From Candidatus Versatilivorator sp. (GTDB lineage Bacteria > Acidobacteriota > Terriglobia > Versatilivoradales > Versatilivoraceae): 64,000 bases of DNA. Position numbers and translations under genes: made by a program. The notes under the pieces were generated by a model that worked only from the letters and a program-made list of their open reading frames with translations, had not been told where the DNA came from and searched no databases. The DNA is taken from contig OZ242296.1 of NCBI GenBank assembly GCA_965207735.1, positions 4,032,001-4,096,000 on the forward strand, written 5' to 3'. Positions 29,386-39,684 of this stretch are shown piece by piece (the first letter of the stretch is position 1; every line of letters begins with the position of its first letter).

Positions 29386-30846
29386 TCAGGCAATGATGTC
29401 GTGCACGACGTTGCCGTAGACATCGGTCAGGCGGAAGTCGCGGCTGTTGTGGCGGTAGGTGAGCTGCTTGTGATCCAGGCCCAACAGGTGGAGGATGGTG
29501 GCGTGAAGATCGTGATGCGAGACGCGATCCTTGACAGCGTGCATGCCGAGCTCGTCGGTCGCGCCGTGCGTGATCCCCGGCTTGACGCCGCCGCCCGCCA
29601 TCCACATGGAGAAGCCGTAGTGGTGATGGCCGCGGCCGAGGGATTCCTCCTTACGAGCCTCCTCCATCGGCGTGCGACCGAACTCAGTGGCCCAGACGAC
29701 GAGAGTCTCGTCCAGCAGACCGCGCGACTTCAGGTCCATGATGAGGGCGGTGATCCCACGATCGGTGCGCGCCGCGTTGGTGCGGTGGTTGTTGATGAGC
29801 CCGCCGCGGTTGCCGTGCGCGTCCCATCGCCGCCCCTGGGCGCCGTCGAGAATCTCCACGAAACGGACGCCGCTCTCCACCAGCCGTCTCGCCGTCAGGC
29901 ACTTCCTCCCGAAGTCGGTGTCGCCATATAGAGCCTTCACCGAGTCCGGCTCGCTCCGGATATCGAAGATCTCCGGCGCTTCCATCTGCATGCGAAAGGC
30001 CGTCTCGAATGCGGCGATGCGCGCGTCGAGCTCGGGTTGGGTGCGATAAATACCGCGATGGAGGCGATTCAACTTCCGCACCAGATCCAACTGCGCGCGC
30101 TGCTGGCCTCGGCTGAGAAATGCCGGTGCATTGATGTGCGGCACCGGTGGATGTCCGGGCTTGAAGTCCGCCAGCGTGGCCTGGTGGATACCAGGGAGGA
30201 ATCCGGCCTGGTGAAGCGCGCGCCCGCCGGACGGTCGGCCGTCTGTCATCACCACGAATCCCGGCATGTTCCGGTTCTCCGTCCCCAGACCGTAGGTCAC
30301 CCACGAGCCAAGACTGGGGTGGCCCTGTCTGGAATAACCCGTGTGCATGAGGATCTGGCCGGTGAAGTGAAGTGCTGAATCGGTGTGCATCGACTTGATG
30401 AATGCGATGTCGTCGACCACCTTGGTCAGGTTCGGGAAGATCTCGCTGACCCATGCGCCGCTCTGCCCATAGCGCTTGAAGGAGAACACCGGCGGAACGA
30501 TGCGCGTGTTGGTGTAGGACTTCTCCGGGTTAAGGCCATTCAAGTCTTTTTTGGAGAATATGTCTCGTGCCAATCTTCCGGCGTACTTTTTCAGAAGCGG
30601 CTTGTGATCGAACGTCTCCAGCTGACTTGCGCCGCCGACCATGAACAGCAAGATGACGCTCCTCGCCCTGGGAGCGAAGTGTGGCTGCCTGGGCGCAAGT
30701 GGCTCGCTGAGGTCAGGCGCCGCACCGCTCGCTGTCTGGTCCGCGAGCAGGCTGGCCAGAGCGATGCCACCCAGGCCCAGTTCCTTGAGGAACCCACGGC
30801 GGTCCCTGCCAATCGGTCGAGTTCGATAAGCTGCGTCAGTGAACAT
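29386..30846 (-). CDS. DUF1501 domain protein (Tat-type RR signal)
   Basis: RRGFL, LFMVGGASQLETFDHKP, ARRLVESGVRFV, EFGRTP, HDLHATILHLLG. Confidence 0.9.
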   Translation of the reverse strand: MFTDAAYRTRPIGRDRRGFLKELGLGGIALASLLADQTASGAAPDLSEPLAPRQPHFAPRARSVILLFMVGGASQLETFDHKPLLKKYAGRLARDIFSKKDLNGLNPEKSYTNTRIVPPVFSFKRYGQSGAWVSEIFPNLTKVVDDIAFIKSMHTDSALHFTGQILMHTGYSRQGHPSLGSWVTYGLGTENRNMPGFVVMTDGRPSGGRALHQAGFLPGIHQATLADFKPGHPPVPHINAPAFLSRGQQRAQLDLVRKLNRLHRGIYRTQPELDARIAAFETAFRMQMEAPEIFDIRSEPDSVKALYGDTDFGRKCLTARRLVESGVRFVEILDGAQGRRWDAHGNRGGLINNHRTNAARTDRGITALIMDLKSRGLLDETLVVWATEFGRTPMEEARKEESLGRGHHHYGFSMWMAGGGVKPGITHGATDELGMHAVKDRVSHHDLHATILHLLGLDHKQLTYRHNSRDFRLTDVYGNVVHDIIA

Positions 30847-33037
30847 AGATGAATTCGTTCAGGCTCATGACGGCATGGCAATATTGGACCAGCGGGCTTC
30901 GCGCATCCAAAGACCCCGGCTCCTTGCTTGCCTCCAAGGAGCCAGCGCGCCGTTGACCGAGAAACGACAGGCCGATCTCGCGTTCTTCCACGGTCGGCGG
31001 CCGAGAAAGAGCAATCCGGTATGCCGACTCGATCTGTCGGCCGGGGTCGCCTCCGACTCTGTCCCGCACCCGTTGTGCGAAGCGCTTCGCTTGCTCCCAC
31101 ACGAATGGCGCATTCAGCGTGAACGCCGTGCTGCTCGGTGTCGTGCTGATGTCACGAAGGCCGACGCTTTGCGTGTTGTCCGGAAGGTCGAAGATCTTGA
31201 GAACCGGATGGAGGATGAAGCGCGGCGACATGAGGTAGACTGACCGGCGCCAGGTGTCCGGCGTGTCCTTGAAAGGTTCCTTGCGGCTGCCAATGGAAGT
31301 GCTGGGCCCGTACATGTTCGTGCGCAGAGCGCCGGAGACGCTCAACATATGATCGCGGATGACTTCAGCCTCCATGCGCAAGGGCCTGCGGTGCCACAGG
31401 TACTCGTTGTAAGCATCGCGCTGGGCCTGAGCCAACTCCGTGCTGGCCGCCTGTCTGTATACGGCGCTGTTCATCATCAGCCGGTGGATCGGTTTGAATC
31501 GCCAGCCCTCCTGGATCAGCTTGGAAGCGAGCCAATCCAGCAGAGCGGGGTGCGTGGGTTCGGTACCGAGTCTGCCGAAATCATTGGGAGTGCTGACGAT
31601 GCCGCGCCCGAAATGATGTTGCCAGAGACGATTGACGATCACCCGAGCCAGCAACGCACCGGCGCCGTGCTCGACGTCGGTCAGCCAACTCGCAAGCATC
31701 CGAAGCTTCGACGCCTCAAGCTGCGGCTCGGGGCCATCGGTGGCCTCGGGACGGGGCCGCCAATCCTTCGCGCTGCGACCGTCCCGCATCAAGACGCGCA
31801 GGAACCCTGGCTTGACTGGCTTGATGGGGCGCGCCCAACTACCGCCGGCCAGAAGATGGGGTGTGGGTACCTCCAGGGCAACATACTTGCCGCCTGCATC
31901 TGGCTTGACCTCGGCTTCGTCGAAGAATACAGCCGTCAACTGATAATATTCTTCGGCCGTGATCGGGTCGATCTTGTGGTCGTGGCAACGCGCACACCCG
32001 ACCGTCAGGGCAAGGAACGCTTGACCGGTCGTCGACACCATGTCGTCGAGTCGGTGAAACTTCCGATCGTTCGGGTTGTCGTTCTTGCTCAGATTCGTTC
32101 CAATCTGAACGAACCTGCCCAGGTCCCGCCGGCCGACGGGTATACCTCTCGGAGCACCGGCAACCTGGTAGCGGACGAAGTCGTTGTAAGGCAGGTCGTC
32201 ATTGAAAGCGCGAATCACGGCGTCGCGGTATCGATATGCGTCCTCTCGAATTGGGTTGTCCCCCTCGTGTGCTCCAAGGCTCTCGCCAAACCGAGCCACA
32301 TCCAACCAGTGCCGCCCCCACCGTTCGCCATAGTGCGGGCTGGCGAGCAGCCGGTCAACGAGCTGGCGAAAGGGTTCCGCAGAGGAATCTCGAACGAACG
32401 CCTCGACTTCGTCGGGTGCAGGCGGCAATCCGATCAGGTCGAAGTAGGCGCGGCGAATCAGCCTCGGCCGATCGGCCTCCTGTGCAGGGCGAAACTGCTT
32501 TCCGTGCAGCTTGGCGAGGACGAAACGATCAATCGGCGAGTCCGTCCACGTGGACTCTTCCGGACTTGCCGCCGACACCTGAGGCGGATCGACAGGACGC
32601 AGGGGGCGGAAGGCCCAGTGGAGACGTCCTGATTCGAGATCCATCTTCGCCGTATCAACCGACTGCGTATCTCTTGGATCGGGCGCACCGAGGGCCACCC
32701 ATTGGACGAAATCAGCGGTGACCTCGTCGGGCAACTTGCCGCCGGGCGGCATCTGCAGGTTGGGGTTGGTGTACTCGAGGGCCTCGATCAGCATCGACTG
32801 ATCGGGTCGCCCCGCCACGACGACGGAGCCCCGCGACCCGCCCCGCTGGACACCCTTCCGGGTGTCGAGCTGCAGCTTCCCCATCAGCATTCCCCTGCGG
32901 GCGGCCTCCGCCGAGTGACACTGATAGCAGCGCTCCGCCAACACGGGACGAATCTTCTCCTCAAAGAAGCTGACATGGTCTTGACCGGCTTCCTCGGGGG
33001 CTCCGAGCAGGCTGAGGGCGATTACGAATATGATCAC
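30836..33037 (-). CDS. Planctomycete-type cytochrome c / DUF1549 / DUF1553 protein
   Basis: CYQCH and CARCHDHK; YGERWGRHWLDVAR; VNRLWQHHFGRG. Confidence 0.9.
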   Translation of the reverse strand: MIIFVIALSLLGAPEEAGQDHVSFFEEKIRPVLAERCYQCHSAEAARRGMLMGKLQLDTRKGVQRGGSRGSVVVAGRPDQSMLIEALEYTNPNLQMPPGGKLPDEVTADFVQWVALGAPDPRDTQSVDTAKMDLESGRLHWAFRPLRPVDPPQVSAASPEESTWTDSPIDRFVLAKLHGKQFRPAQEADRPRLIRRAYFDLIGLPPAPDEVEAFVRDSSAEPFRQLVDRLLASPHYGERWGRHWLDVARFGESLGAHEGDNPIREDAYRYRDAVIRAFNDDLPYNDFVRYQVAGAPRGIPVGRRDLGRFVQIGTNLSKNDNPNDRKFHRLDDMVSTTGQAFLALTVGCARCHDHKIDPITAEEYYQLTAVFFDEAEVKPDAGGKYVALEVPTPHLLAGGSWARPIKPVKPGFLRVLMRDGRSAKDWRPRPEATDGPEPQLEASKLRMLASWLTDVEHGAGALLARVIVNRLWQHHFGRGIVSTPNDFGRLGTEPTHPALLDWLASKLIQEGWRFKPIHRLMMNSAVYRQAASTELAQAQRDAYNEYLWHRRPLRMEAEVIRDHMLSVSGALRTNMYGPSTSIGSRKEPFKDTPDTWRRSVYLMSPRFILHPVLKIFDLPDNTQSVGLRDISTTPSSTAFTLNAPFVWEQAKRFAQRVRDRVGGDPGRQIESAYRIALSRPPTVEEREIGLSFLGQRRAGSLEASKEPGSLDARSPLVQYCHAVMSLNEFIYVH

Positions 33038-33183
33038 GCGACTACCTTAGCTTTGCACTTGAGATCCTATTCGGATTGTGAAAAGAAATCCACCAGGCGA
33101 GTCGCCAAAAAAAATGCCCGAAAGAGAATTGTAGCGTCACGAAAAAAGGTACCCGAAAGGAAAGAGCGTTGTGTCGGGAAGAA

Positions 33184-33542
33184 TGGTGGAGGCGGCGGGA
33201 GTCGAACCCGCGTCCGAAATTACTTGGCGAAAAGAATCTACGTGTGTATCCGGTTCCTTTTTGGTTTCGCCGCCCGACATCGAGAACCGGCAAGAGTGCC
33301 TGGCGACTAGACCGGTGAGTTTCGCCGACGGCCCCCGGACAGCTGCCACCGGCTAGCCTGTTAGTCGACGCCCCACATCCGCCGCACAGGTATCAGCGGA
33401 GGGAACGGCTACTTAAATTTCTTTAAGCAGCAAGTGCCAATGGTTTATCAGCAGTTACGTTTAGGTCCATCTTTTTAACGAGGGGATGGTCCTCGACACG
33501 CATCTTCAGCCTCGATAATCCCGTCGAAACCGTTTCGCCCCC
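33184..33542 (-). ncRNA. ssrA: tmRNA; tag peptide (A)ADKPLALAA encoded at 33423-33452
   Basis: 5' GGGGGCGAAACGGTTTCGACGGG; 3' GGACGCGGGTTCGACTCCCGCCGCCTCCACCA; internal TAACT then GCT GAT AAA CCA TTG GCA CTT GCT GCT TAA; 359 nt. Confidence 0.96.
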
Positions 33543-33763
33543 AGGGGAATCTGCCCCGCCGAAAACTCGACAGCGGGTGAGGTAGAGTCATTATAGGCTG
33601 GGCTCGAAGAGTCTGTCAAGCCGCCTGGAACCACAGCAGTCCTTTTAGAATGAGAGGGATAGAAGTGGGGACATCGGTCCTGGTTGCCGCCCAAGGCCGG
33701 CGGAGAGCGAGCCACGGAGGCCCAACCCTGACGCACCGGCAACGCCCGCCCCGGCAGACGTTC

Positions 33764-34546
33764 TCACCCACGATCCGCCGGCGCTCTTCCCGCCCCCTGC
33801 TCCATCCCCGCGAACAGGTCGGTTTCAGGCCTCGCCACCAGCGGTGGCCCCCAGGCCTGGCGGAAGGGTTCGCTCGACAGCGCCAGTTCCGGGTCGGGTC
33901 GATCGAACCAGATCCGATTGATGGAGAGGTGCTGGGTGCGGTGGGCTCTCAGGGCTTCGGCCTTGCGGGCCGACCAGGCCCGGATGTCGACCAGGAAATC
34001 GACGCCGGCCCGGTTGCCCAGAGATGGGCCGGCTCCGATCTCCTCAGGCCGCAGGGGCGGCGTCCACAGCAGCCGGGGCACTCGATGGGGCTCGCCTGCC
34101 TCCGGCAGCCAGCGCGGGTCGGCCGCCGCGGCGATGGCGTCCGAGGTGAACCGGCTGATGGCAATATGGTCGGGGTGCCGGTTGAACCCGTTGGGGTCGA
34201 AAGTGATGACCAGGGCCGGCCGGTAGCGGCGGAGGAGCCGGACCAGTTGCCCGCGGATCCGCGCAGGATCGGCATCGCACAACTTCTTGTCCCGGTATCC
34301 CAGCAGGTGGAGAGAGTCGATGCCCAGTAGATCCACCGCTCGGCGCAGCTCGCTTTCTCTCACCCGGGGCAGTTCTTCTCTGGAACAGACGGGAGGATCT
34401 CCCACCTTTCCGGCATCGCCCAGGGTGGCGGTGGCCAGCACCAGCCGGACTCCCCGGGCGGCATACTTGCAGGACACCCCCGCCACCATGAAGCTCTCGT
34501 CGTCGGGATGGGCCAGGCTGAAGAGGATGGTGGGGCGATGTCCCAT
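33764..34546 (-). CDS. PIG-L family deacetylase
   Basis: AHPDDE, RESEL and HPDH motifs. Confidence 0.9.
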   Translation of the reverse strand: MGHRPTILFSLAHPDDESFMVAGVSCKYAARGVRLVLATATLGDAGKVGDPPVCSREELPRVRESELRRAVDLLGIDSLHLLGYRDKKLCDADPARIRGQLVRLLRRYRPALVITFDPNGFNRHPDHIAISRFTSDAIAAAADPRWLPEAGEPHRVPRLLWTPPLRPEEIGAGPSLGNRAGVDFLVDIRAWSARKAEALRAHRTQHLSINRIWFDRPDPELALSSEPFRQAWGPPLVARPETDLFAGMEQGAGRAPADRG

Positions 34547-34778
34547 GGAACGCCTCGTAGTCTATCAAAGACGGAAGACAACCCGGCATGCCGGGCCCTA
34601 CCCCTTGATACTTCGCTATTGCTGGAGCCGGCACCCTCGGATAGAGTAGCGCTTCTTGACGGTGCGGTTGCGATCAGGCGATCAAGATCCTTCCGCAATG
34701 CGCGGCGCTTCTGGCCCTGTATCCCGCTGCCGGTGCGTCCCTCTCGTTTCATCGCCAGGCATAGGAGACAATATTCTA

Positions 34779-35582
34779 ATGCTTAGACCGGTTTCTCTCA
34801 TCTCGAACACCCTGATGCTGGTGCTCCTGGTCACAAGCCTGTTGGGCCCAACGACGCCGGCCGAAGCCGCCCCATCGAAAGATGGGAAGGCTCAAGAGGT
34901 CGCCGCCAAACTGATGGAAGCCCTGGGGGGACAGGAAAACTGGGACCGGGCTCGCTATCTCCGTTTTGACTTTGTGGTGAAGCGGGATGGAAAGATCGTG
35001 TCAACGGTCAAACACCTCTGGGATCGTTACACCGGGCGATATCGCGTGGAAGGCAAGACCCGAGACAAGGGGGACTACGTGGTCTTGTTCGAGGACATCA
35101 ATGCCAAAAAAGGCCAGGCCTTTCGCAATGGAAAAGCCGTCCAGGGTGAGGACCACAAGAAGCTGATCGATCTGGGCTATGGCCGCTTCATCAACGACAC
35201 CTACTGGCTGCTGATGCCCTTCAAGTGGAACGATCCGGGGGTTCACCTGAAGTACGAAGGCACTGCCGGCGGGGGCGGGGGCACCATGTGGGACAAAGTC
35301 CTTCTGACCTTTGACGACAACGTGGGTCTCACGCCCAAGGACCGCTACTGGGCTTACATCAACCAAGAGACGGGGCTGATGGACCGCTGGGAATACATTT
35401 TGAAAGGTGGAAAGGGTCCGGCGACCGGGGCCGACTGGGTCCGGTGGGAGAAGTTCGGAGGCATCCTGCTGTCTCAAGAAAAAATTATCCAGGGACGTTC
35501 CGTGCGCATTCTTTTTCCCAACCTGCAGGTATCGTCAACCACCGACGAGAATCCCTTCACTTCGCCGGAAGCAAATCTGTAA
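34779..35582 (+). CDS. Secreted hypothetical protein (DUF6503-like)
   Basis: AGGAG RBS, signal peptide, ALGG.ENW, FINDTYWLLMPFK..DPGV.L. Confidence 0.7.
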   Translation: MLRPVSLISNTLMLVLLVTSLLGPTTPAEAAPSKDGKAQEVAAKLMEALGGQENWDRARYLRFDFVVKRDGKIVSTVKHLWDRYTGRYRVEGKTRDKGDYVVLFEDINAKKGQAFRNGKAVQGEDHKKLIDLGYGRFINDTYWLLMPFKWNDPGVHLKYEGTAGGGGGTMWDKVLLTFDDNVGLTPKDRYWAYINQETGLMDRWEYILKGGKGPATGADWVRWEKFGGILLSQEKIIQGRSVRILFPNLQVSSTTDENPFTSPEANL

Positions 35583-35602
35583 GAGCCACCGGGAGCAATA
35601 CC

Positions 35603-36751
35603 ATGCCCGACAAACCCCACCGGCTGGAAACCGACCTGATCCACGCGGGAGAACTCAGACCCCGCATCGAGGGGGCGGTGACCCTGCCGATCTTCCAGAC
35701 ATCCACCTACGAGGCCGACGGCGTATCCGACCGCTATCTCCGACTCAGCAACACACCCAACCACCAGGCGCTTCACCAGAAGTTGGCGGCGCTGGAAGGA
35801 GGGGAGGCGGCGCTGGTGACCGCCAGCGGCATGGCGGCCATCGCCACTACCCTGCTGGCCTGCCTGGATGCCGGCGATCACCTGCTGGCTCAGGACTGCC
35901 TCTACGGGGGGACCCACGGGTTGATCACCCGGGACATGGTGCGCCTGGGCCTGAACTTCGACTTCATCCAAGGCGACGACCCCGACTCCTGGCGGCGGTG
36001 CCTGAAGCCCAACACCCGGATTCTCTACGTGGAGTCCATCACCAATCCCCTGATGCAGGTGGCCGACCTGGAAGCCCTGGCCCGCTTCGCCCGGGAGCAC
36101 GGCCTGATCTCGGTCATCGACAACACCTTCCCCACCCCGGTCAACTTCCGTCCGCTGGAATGGGGGTTCGACCTGTCGGTTCACAGCGGCACCAAGTATC
36201 TGAACGGCCACTCCGACATCGTGGCCGGCGCCGTGATCGGCTCCCACGGGCACATCCGGAAGATCCACCATACGGCGAACCACTTGGGCGGCTCGCTGGA
36301 CCCGCACGCGGCCTTCCTGCTCCATCGTGGCATCAAGACCCTGGCGCTGAGGGTCGAGGCCCAGAACCGCGGCGCCCTCGAACTGGCCGAGTTCCTGCAG
36401 ACCCGCCCCGGCGTGGCCAAGGTCAACTATCCGGGCTTAAAGGACCACCCCGACCACCAGCGGGCCTCCCGCCTTTTCAAGGGCTTCGGGGGCATGCTGA
36501 GCTTCGAGCTGCACGGGGAAACCGAGGCGGCCGAGCGGTTCCTCAAGGCGCTGCGCCTGCCCGTCAACGCCCCCAGCCTGGGGGGCGTGGAGTCGCTGAT
36601 CACCCGGCCGGCCACCAGCTCTCACGCCGAGCTCTCCCGGGAAGAGAGGCGGCGTGCCGGAATTTCCGAAGGGCTGATCCGCCTGTCGGTCGGACTGGAG
36701 GCCCCCCAAGACCTGATCCGGGACCTGGATTCCGCTCTCGAAGCCGTTTGA
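35603..36751 (+). CDS. PLP-dependent Cys/Met metabolism enzyme (cystathionine gamma-synthase/lyase or methionine gamma-lyase family)
   Basis: ASGMAAI, YGGT, DNTF, HSGTKYLNGHSD, SLGGVESL, IRLSVGLE. Confidence 0.9.
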   Translation: MPDKPHRLETDLIHAGELRPRIEGAVTLPIFQTSTYEADGVSDRYLRLSNTPNHQALHQKLAALEGGEAALVTASGMAAIATTLLACLDAGDHLLAQDCLYGGTHGLITRDMVRLGLNFDFIQGDDPDSWRRCLKPNTRILYVESITNPLMQVADLEALARFAREHGLISVIDNTFPTPVNFRPLEWGFDLSVHSGTKYLNGHSDIVAGAVIGSHGHIRKIHHTANHLGGSLDPHAAFLLHRGIKTLALRVEAQNRGALELAEFLQTRPGVAKVNYPGLKDHPDHQRASRLFKGFGGMLSFELHGETEAAERFLKALRLPVNAPSLGGVESLITRPATSSHAELSREERRRAGISEGLIRLSVGLEAPQDLIRDLDSALEAV

Positions 36752-36898
36752 GGCAACTCCTGCTGTGGTAAGATCGGCGGGTCGCCCGACGGGCCGCGGA
36801 CCGACCTGCCGCGAGCATTTCCGGTGTCCGCCGGGGAGCGGATCGCCCGACGGCGACGGATTGCCCGCCCCCCATCGATCGGCCGCTTTCGGAGGAAA

Positions 36899-39181
36899 AT
36901 GGCAGCCATGAAGTCCAAGCGTCTGGATCTCTCCAGCCGGCGCCCGGTCAACCAGGACAGCTTCATCCAGGAATGGCCGGAGACCGGGCTGATCCTGTTC
37001 AACAGTCCCTTCGATCCCAAACCCGGGATTCGGATCTCCCGGGGCCGACTGTGTGAGCTGGACGGCAAGCCTGAAGCCGAATTCGATCTCATCGACCGGT
37101 TCATCGCCCGCTACGCCATCGACCTGACCCGGGCCGAAGAGGCCATGGCCCTGGATTCCACCGAGGTGGCCCGCCGGCTGATCGACATTGGCGTGCCCCG
37201 CCAGGAGCTGGTGGAGCTGTTCGGCGCCCTGACCCCCGCCAGGATCGTGGAGGTGGTCAACCGGCTCAACACGGTGGAGATGATGATGGGCCTGCAGAAG
37301 ATGCGGGCCCGCCGGACTCCCTCCAACCAGGCACACGTGACCAACCGCAAGGAGAACCCGGCCTTGCTGGCCGCCGACGCGGCCGAGGCGGTGGAACGGG
37401 GTTTCTCCGAGCTGGAGACCACGGTAGGCGTCTCCCGCTACGCCCCCTTCAACGCCCTGGCCCTGCTCATCGGTTCTCAGACGGGACGGGGCACGGCCCT
37501 GACCCAGTGCGCCGTGGAGGAGGCCCTCAGCCTCAAGCTGGCCCTGTTGGGTCTGACCACCTACGCCGAGACCCTCTCCGTCTACGGAACCGAGAAGGCC
37601 TTCCATGACGGCGACGATACGCCCTGGTCCAAAGCCTTCCTGGCCTCGGCCTACGCCTCCCGCGGCATAAAGGTGCGGTTTACCTCGGGGACCGGCTCGG
37701 AGGCGCTCATGGGCCACGCCGAAGCCAAGTCCATGCTCTACCTGGAAGCCCGCTGCCTGATGGCTATCAAGGGGGCCGGGTCCCAGGGAGTGCAAAACGG
37801 CTCCATCAGTTGCATCGCCCTTCCGGAGTCCCTGCCGGGCGGGGTCCGGGGCGTGCTGGCCGAAAACCTGATCGCCACCCTGCTGGACCTGGAGCTGGCC
37901 TCGGGCAACGACGCCCTGGCCTCCCATTCTTCCATCCGCAAATCGGCCAAGCTGATGCTGCAGTTTCTGCCGGGAACCGACTACATCTTCTCCGGCTACA
38001 GCTCCATGCCCAAGGAAGACAACCTCTTCGGCGGCGGCAACTTCGATGCCCACGACCTGGACGACTACAACGTTCTGCAGCGGGACATGCAGGTGGACGG
38101 CGGGCTGCGCCCCGTCAGCGACGAAGATGTTCTCAAGGTACGCCGCAGAGCCGCCCAAGCCGTGCAGGCCGTCTTTCGGCAACTGGAACTGCCGCCGGTG
38201 AGCGAGGCCGAGGTGGAAGCCGCCACCCGGGCGGAAAGCAGCACCGACATGCCGGAACGGGACGTGGTGGGCGACCTGGAGGCCGCGGGTCGCTTCCTGG
38301 AGGAAGGCAGGAGCGGACTGGACGTGATCCGTGCCCTAGCCCGGGAGGGGTTTGAAGATATCGCCCGGAAGGTTCTGGCGCTCCAGAAGCTGAGGCTTTC
38401 CGGGGATCACTTGCAGACCTCGGCCATGGTGCTCCCCGGACCCAAGGTGGTCAGCGCCGTCAACGATCCCAACGACTATCGGGGACCCGGGACCGGCTAC
38501 AGCCTCAGTTCGGAACGACGGCAGGAGATCGCCTCGCTCAACCAGGCCCTGGATCCGCGGGAAATCGGGCGGGAACCCTCCGCCCAATCCGGCAGCTTCC
38601 TCAGGGAAACCGGAGAGGCCCACGCCGGAACGGATCCAGGGGAGATCGTGATTGCGCTGGGACCGGCCTTCGGCACCGCGCTTCGATCCACCCTGTTGGG
38701 CATCCCCCACCGGGAGGTGCTTCAGGCTCTGATCGACGGGATCTGCGCCGAGGGCCTGCGGCCCAGGGTGGTGAAGATATACGCCACCTCCGATTGCGGC
38801 TTCATCGGCCACCGGGGAGCTCAACTGAGCGGTTCGGGGATCGCCATCGGCATCCAGTCCAAGGGCACCACCATCATCCACCAGCGCGACCTGGAGCCCT
38901 TGAACAACCTGGAGCTGTTTCCCCAGGCCCCCAACCTCGACCTGAGCTCCTACCGGACCATTGGGCAAAACGCGGCCAAGTACGCCAAGGGAGAGCCGGT
39001 GACGCCCGTCCCGACCCGGATCGACAACACGGCCCGGCTCAAGTACATCGTCAGGACCACGGTCCTCCACCTTCACGAAACCCGGCAGGTAGTAAAGGAC
39101 CGCAAAGCTCGGGAGTTGGACTGGAGCCCGATTCAGGCCGCGGCCGGATCGGGCGCGGTCGAGAAGGTGACACAGGCCTGA
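36899..39181 (+). CDS. pduC: B12-dependent diol/glycerol dehydratase, large and medium subunits fused
   Basis: RTPSNQAHVTN, YAETLSVYGT, DGDDTPWSKAFLASAYASRG, VDGGLRPV (large subunit), then in frame LSGSGIAIGIQSKGTT and NLELFPQAP (medium subunit). Confidence 0.93.
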   Translation: MAAMKSKRLDLSSRRPVNQDSFIQEWPETGLILFNSPFDPKPGIRISRGRLCELDGKPEAEFDLIDRFIARYAIDLTRAEEAMALDSTEVARRLIDIGVPRQELVELFGALTPARIVEVVNRLNTVEMMMGLQKMRARRTPSNQAHVTNRKENPALLAADAAEAVERGFSELETTVGVSRYAPFNALALLIGSQTGRGTALTQCAVEEALSLKLALLGLTTYAETLSVYGTEKAFHDGDDTPWSKAFLASAYASRGIKVRFTSGTGSEALMGHAEAKSMLYLEARCLMAIKGAGSQGVQNGSISCIALPESLPGGVRGVLAENLIATLLDLELASGNDALASHSSIRKSAKLMLQFLPGTDYIFSGYSSMPKEDNLFGGGNFDAHDLDDYNVLQRDMQVDGGLRPVSDEDVLKVRRRAAQAVQAVFRQLELPPVSEAEVEAATRAESSTDMPERDVVGDLEAAGRFLEEGRSGLDVIRALAREGFEDIARKVLALQKLRLSGDHLQTSAMVLPGPKVVSAVNDPNDYRGPGTGYSLSSERRQEIASLNQALDPREIGREPSAQSGSFLRETGEAHAGTDPGEIVIALGPAFGTALRSTLLGIPHREVLQALIDGICAEGLRPRVVKIYATSDCGFIGHRGAQLSGSGIAIGIQSKGTTIIHQRDLEPLNNLELFPQAPNLDLSSYRTIGQNAAKYAKGEPVTPVPTRIDNTARLKYIVRTTVLHLHETRQVVKDRKARELDWSPIQAAAGSGAVEKVTQA

Positions 39182-39237
39182 GAGGCGCGGCCAGGCGCCT
39201 GACCGGCCGCGCCCGGGCTCCAGGCGGCAAGAGAACC

Positions 39238-39630
39238 ATGAGCAGCATCACCGACAACTACCCGCTGTCCGAAAAGAACCCCGACCGGTTGACCACTCCC
39301 ACGGGCGCCTCCTGGAAGGACATCGACCTGCAATCGGTCCTGGACGGCACCCTCAGCATGAGCGATCTGCGAATCGCCCCCGAGACCCTGGAGCTTCAAG
39401 CCCAGATCGCCGAGAGCGCCGGCAGGCGTCAACTGGCGGAAAACCTGAGACGGGCGGCCGAGCTGGTTGGGGTTCCGGAGGACAGGATCCTGGAGGTCTA
39501 CCAAGCCCTGAGACCCGGCCGCAGCACCCCCGAACGGCTCGAACAGTTGGCCGGCGAGCTGGAATCGCAGTACCAGGCCCGCCGTTGCGCCCGCTTCCTG
39601 CGGGAAGCAGCCCAGGCCTACGGATCCTGA
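39238..39630 (+). CDS. pduE: Diol/glycerol dehydratase small subunit
   Basis: YPLSEK.P, RIAPETLELQAQIA, NLRRAAEL, YQALRP.RS, FLREAA. Confidence 0.92.
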   Translation: MSSITDNYPLSEKNPDRLTTPTGASWKDIDLQSVLDGTLSMSDLRIAPETLELQAQIAESAGRRQLAENLRRAAELVGVPEDRILEVYQALRPGRSTPERLEQLAGELESQYQARRCARFLREAAQAYGS

Positions 39631-39684
39631 GTCCGACCGGTTGCCCGGTTCCGTTGTTTCCACTGAACCCATCGAGAGAGGAAC

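Noticed and set aside
33105-33180. Intrinsic terminator after tmRNA
   Set aside because: T-runs are present but the only stem is 5 bp with a long loop; too weak to call.
33184-33215. tRNA gene
   Set aside because: The T-arm/CCA end belongs to tmRNA; its 5' half lies about 330 nt away with a tag ORF in between.
34546-36899. Cobalamin riboswitch upstream of the dehydratase
   Set aside because: No conserved B12-box core seen by eye in the intergenic gaps; an Infernal search would be decisive.
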